Source of the DNA: a virus
Taxonomy: Duplodnaviria; Heunggongvirae; Uroviricota; Caudoviricetes
Strand: one strand, 5' to 3'
DNA length: 23,210 nucleotides
IMG/VR virus record: IMGVR_UViG_2531839232_000010
Made by a program: the position numbers and the translations under genes. A model generated the notes under the pieces. The model made no database searches. It was not told the DNA's origin and saw nothing but the letters and a program-made list of their open reading frames with translations. This document shows positions 19,984 to 23,210 of this stretch, one piece after another (position 1 is the first letter of the stretch; each line of letters begins with the position of its first letter).

Positions 19984-22525
19984 ACCGGTAGGCGATCTGG
20001 TCGTTGATTTAAGTCTGGATGCGGCCAGATTTGACGAGCAGATGGCCAGAGTCAGGCGTCATTTTTCCGGTACGGAAAGTGATGCGAAAAAAACAGCGGC
20101 AGTCGTTGAACAGTCGATGAGCCGGCAGGCGCTGGCTGCACAGAAAGCGGGAATTTCCGTCGGGCAGTATAAAGCCGCCATGCGTATGCTGCCTGCGCAG
20201 TTCACTGACGTGGCCACGCAGCTTGCAGGTGGGCAAAGTCCGTGGCTGATCCTGCTGCAACAGGGGGGGCAGGTGAAGGACTCCTTCGGCGGGATGATCC
20301 CCATGTTCCGGGGGCTTGCCGGTGCGATCACCCTGCCGATGGTGGGGGCCACCTCGCTGGCGGTGGCGACCGGTGCGCTGGCGTATGCCTGGTATCAGGG
20401 CAACTCAACCCTGTCCGATTTCAACAAAACGCTGGTCCTTTCCGGCAATCAGGCCGGGCTGACGGCAGATCGTATGCTGGTCCTGTCCAGAGCCGGGCAG
20501 GCGGCAGGGCTGACGTTTAACCAGACCAGCGAGTCACTCAGCGCACTGGTTAAGGCGGGGGTAAGCGGTGAGGCTCAGATTGCGTCCATCAGCCAGAGTG
20601 TGGCGCGTTTCTCCTCTGCATCAGGCGTGGAGGTGGACAAGGTCGCTGAAGCCTTCGGGAAGCTGACCACTGACCCGACGTCGGGGCTGACAGCGATGGC
20701 GCGCCAGTTCCATAACGTGACGGCGGAGCAGATTGCGTATGTTGCTCAGTTGCAGCGTTCCGGCGAAGAAGCCGGGGCATTGCAGGCGGCGAACGAGGCC
20801 GCGACGAAAGGGTTTGATGACCAGACCCGCCGCCTGAAAGAGAACATGGGCACGCTGGAAACCTGGGCAGACAGGACAGCACGGGCATTCAAATCCATGT
20901 GGGATGCGGTGCTGGATATTGGTCGTCCTGATACCGCGCAGGAGATGCTGATTAAGGCAGAGGCCGCGTTTAAGAAAGCGGACGATATCTGGAATCTGCG
21001 CAAGGATGATTATTTTGTTAACGATGAAGCGCGGGCGCGTTACTGGGATGATCGTGAAAAGGCCCGTCTTGCGCTTGAAGCCGCCCGAAAGAAGGCTGAG
21101 CAGCAGAGTCAACAGGACAAAAATGCGCAGCAACAGAGCGATACCGAAGCGTCACGGCTGAAATATACCGAAGAGGCGCAGAAGGCTTACGAACGCCTGC
21201 AGACGCCGCTGGAGAAATATACCGCCCGTCAGGAAGAACTGAATAAGGCACTGAAAGACGGGAAAATCCTGCAGGCAGATTACAACACGCTGATGGCGGC
21301 GGCGAAAAAGGACTATGAAGCGACGCTGAAAAAGCCGAAACAGTCCGGCGTGAAGGTGTCTGCGGGCGATCGTCAGGAAGACAGTGCTCATGCTGCCCTG
21401 CTGACGCTTCAGGCAGAACTCCGGATGCTGGAGAAGCATGCCGGAGCGAATGAGAAAATCAGCCAGCAGCGCCGGGATTTGTGGAAGGCAGAAAGTCAGT
21501 TCGCGGTACTGGAGGAGGCGGCACAACGTCGCCAGCTGTCCGCACAGGAGAAATCCCTGCTGGCGCATAAAGACGAGACGCTGGAGTACAAACGCCAGCT
21601 GGCTGTACTTGGCGACAAGGTCACCTATCAGGAGCACCTGAACGCGCTGGCACAGCAGGCGGATAAATTCGCACAGCAACAACGGGCAAAACGGGCCGCC
21701 ATTGATGCAAAAAACCGGGGGCTGACTGACCGGCAGGCAGCGCGGGAAGCCACGGAACAGCGCCTGAAGGAACAGTATGGCGATAATCCTCTGGCGCTGA
21801 ATAACGTCATGTCAGAGCAGAAAAAGACCTGGGCAGCTGAAGACCAGCTTCGCGGGAGCTGGATGGCAGGCCTCAGGTCAGGCTGGAGTGAGTGGGAAGA
21901 GAGCGCCACGGACAGTATGTCGCAGGTTAAAAGTGCTGCCACGCAGACCTTTGATGGTATTGCACAGAATATGGCGGCGATGCTGACCGGCAGTGAACAG
22001 AACTGGCGCAGCTTCACCCGTTCCGTGCTGTCCATGATGACAGAAATTCTGCTTAAGCAGGCAATGGTGGGGATTGTCGGAAGTATAGGCAGCGCCATTG
22101 GCGGCGGCGCATCAGCGTCAGGCGGTACAGCCATTCAGGCAGCTGCGGCGAAATTCCATTTTGCGGCCGGAGGGTTTACGGGAACCGGCGGCAAATATGA
22201 GCCAGCGGGGATTGTTCACCGTGGTGAATTTGTCTTCACGAAGGAGGCAACCAGCCGGATTGGCGTAGGAAATCTTTACCGGCTGATGCGCGGCTATGCC
22301 ACCGGCGGTTATGTCGGTACACCGGGCAGCATGGCGGACAGCCGGTCGCAGGCGTCCGGGACGTTTGAGCAGAATAACCATGTGGTGATTAACAACGACG
22401 GCACGAACGGTCAGATAGGGCCACAGGCACTGAAGGCGGTTTATGACGTAGCCCGTAAGGCGGCAATGGATGTTGTGACCGGGCAGATGCGCGATGGTGG
22501 TCTGTTCTCCGGAGGTGGACGATGA
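19976..22525 (+). CDS. H: Tail tape-measure protein gpH, 849 aa
   Basis: MAEPVGDLVVDLSLDAARFDEQMARVRRHF...; long, Ala/Gln-rich and helical; lambda H is 853 aa as I recall, so a small indel. Confidence 0.93.
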   Translation: MAEPVGDLVVDLSLDAARFDEQMARVRRHFSGTESDAKKTAAVVEQSMSRQALAAQKAGISVGQYKAAMRMLPAQFTDVATQLAGGQSPWLILLQQGGQVKDSFGGMIPMFRGLAGAITLPMVGATSLAVATGALAYAWYQGNSTLSDFNKTLVLSGNQAGLTADRMLVLSRAGQAAGLTFNQTSESLSALVKAGVSGEAQIASISQSVARFSSASGVEVDKVAEAFGKLTTDPTSGLTAMARQFHNVTAEQIAYVAQLQRSGEEAGALQAANEAATKGFDDQTRRLKENMGTLETWADRTARAFKSMWDAVLDIGRPDTAQEMLIKAEAAFKKADDIWNLRKDDYFVNDEARARYWDDREKARLALEAARKKAEQQSQQDKNAQQQSDTEASRLKYTEEAQKAYERLQTPLEKYTARQEELNKALKDGKILQADYNTLMAAAKKDYEATLKKPKQSGVKVSAGDRQEDSAHAALLTLQAELRMLEKHAGANEKISQQRRDLWKAESQFAVLEEAAQRRQLSAQEKSLLAHKDETLEYKRQLAVLGDKVTYQEHLNALAQQADKFAQQQRAKRAAIDAKNRGLTDRQAAREATEQRLKEQYGDNPLALNNVMSEQKKTWAAEDQLRGSWMAGLRSGWSEWEESATDSMSQVKSAATQTFDGIAQNMAAMLTGSEQNWRSFTRSVLSMMTEILLKQAMVGIVGSIGSAIGGGASASGGTAIQAAAAKFHFAAGGFTGTGGKYEPAGIVHRGEFVFTKEATSRIGVGNLYRLMRGYATGGYVGTPGSMADSRSQASGTFEQNNHVVINNDGTNGQIGPQALKAVYDVARKAAMDVVTGQMRDGGLFSGGGR

Positions 22526-22851
22526 AAACCTTCCGCTGGAAAGTGAAACCCGGTATGGATGTGGCTTCGGCCCCTTCCGTAAGAAAGGTGCGCTTTGGTG
22601 ATGGCTATTCCCAGCGAGCGCCTGCCGGGCTGAATGCCGACCTGAAAACGTACAGCGTGACGCTTTCTGTTCCCCGTTGGGAGGCCACGGCGCTTGAGTC
22701 GTTTCTGGCTGAGCACGGGGGCTGGAAGGCCTTTCTGTGGACGCCGCCTTATGAGTGGCGGCAGATAAAGGTGACCTGCGCAAAATGGTCGTCGCGGGTC
22801 AGTATGCTGCGTGTTGAGTTCAGCGCAGAGTTTGAACAGGTGGTGAACTGA
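22522..22851 (+). CDS. M: Minor tail protein gpM, 109 aa
   Basis: MKTFRWKVKPGMDVASAPSVRKVRFGDGYSQRAPAGLNA... matches lambda gpM; ATGA overlap with H. Confidence 0.93.
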   Translation: MKTFRWKVKPGMDVASAPSVRKVRFGDGYSQRAPAGLNADLKTYSVTLSVPRWEATALESFLAEHGGWKAFLWTPPYEWRQIKVTCAKWSSRVSMLRVEFSAEFEQVVN

Positions 22852-23210
22852 TGCAGGATATCCGGCAGGAAACACTGAATGAATGCACCCGTGCGGAGCA
22901 GTCGGCCAGCGTGGTGCTCTGGGAAATCGATCTGACAGAGGTCGGTGGAGAACGTTATTTTTTCTGTAATGAGCAGAACGAAAAAGGTGAGCCGGTCACC
23001 TGGCAGGGGCGACAGTATCAGCCGTATCCCATTCAGGGGAGTGGTTTTGAACTGAATGGCAAAGGCACCAGTACGCGCCCCACGCTGACGGTTTCTAACC
23101 TGTACGGTATGGTCACCGGGATGGCGGAAGATCTGCAGAGTCTGGTCGGCGGAACGGTGGTCCGGCGTAAGGTTTACGCCCGTTTTCTGGATGCGGTGAA
23201 CTTCGTCAAC
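22851..23210 (+). CDS. L: Minor tail protein gpL, N-terminal 120 codons (continues beyond the window)
   Basis: ATG 22851 overlaps the M stop (TGATG); MQDIRQETLNECTRAEQSASVVLWEIDLTEVGGERYFFCNEQNEKGEP... matches lambda gpL. Confidence 0.9.
   Translation, partial: MQDIRQETLNECTRAEQSASVVLWEIDLTEVGGERYFFCNEQNEKGEPVTWQGRQYQPYPIQGSGFELNGKGTSTRPTLTVSNLYGMVTGMAEDLQSLVGGTVVRRKVYARFLDAVNFVN

Noticed and set aside
20589-22783. Several 99-221 aa minus-strand ORFs inside the tape-measure gene H (20589-20888, 20621-21133, 21152-21682, 21628-22134, 22118-22783)
   Set aside because: All are antisense to the lambda-like H gene; their Arg/Cys/Leu-rich translations are typical of shadow frames.

Overview
This 23.2-kb window is the right-hand portion of a lambda-type enterobacterial prophage, read in prophage order across an intact cos site. 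All similarity statements below are from memory of phage lambda and E. coli K-12 DLP12 proteins, not from a database search. Order of content: 3' end of replication gene O, P, ren; a low-GC accessory insert (emrE efflux pump plus a 508-aa large serine recombinase, ybcK-like); nin-region genes (ylcH-like peptide, ybcN/NinB-like, ninE, ybcO, rusA, ylcG); a 229-aa protein in the Q position; two intrinsic terminators; a lysis cassette (non-lambda holin, lambda-type R, Rz with embedded Rz1); bor; three small uncharacterised genes (ybcV, ybcW, ylcI); cos; then a complete lambda-like packaging, head and tail operon (Nu1, A, W, B, C/Nu3, D, E, FI, FII, Z, U, V, G/G-T, H, M, start of L). Gene lengths from R through M match lambda, so those calls are high confidence. 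No rRNA, tRNA, CRISPR array or IS element was recognised. I did not find an unambiguous new multi-gene system. The best candidates for unexplored biology are the emrE-recombinase insert, the small-gene island between bor and cos (including an RHH-like ylcI), the non-lambda Q/terminator/holin block, and an apparent terminase-specificity swap (non-lambda Nu1 N-terminus with three matching cosB repeats).
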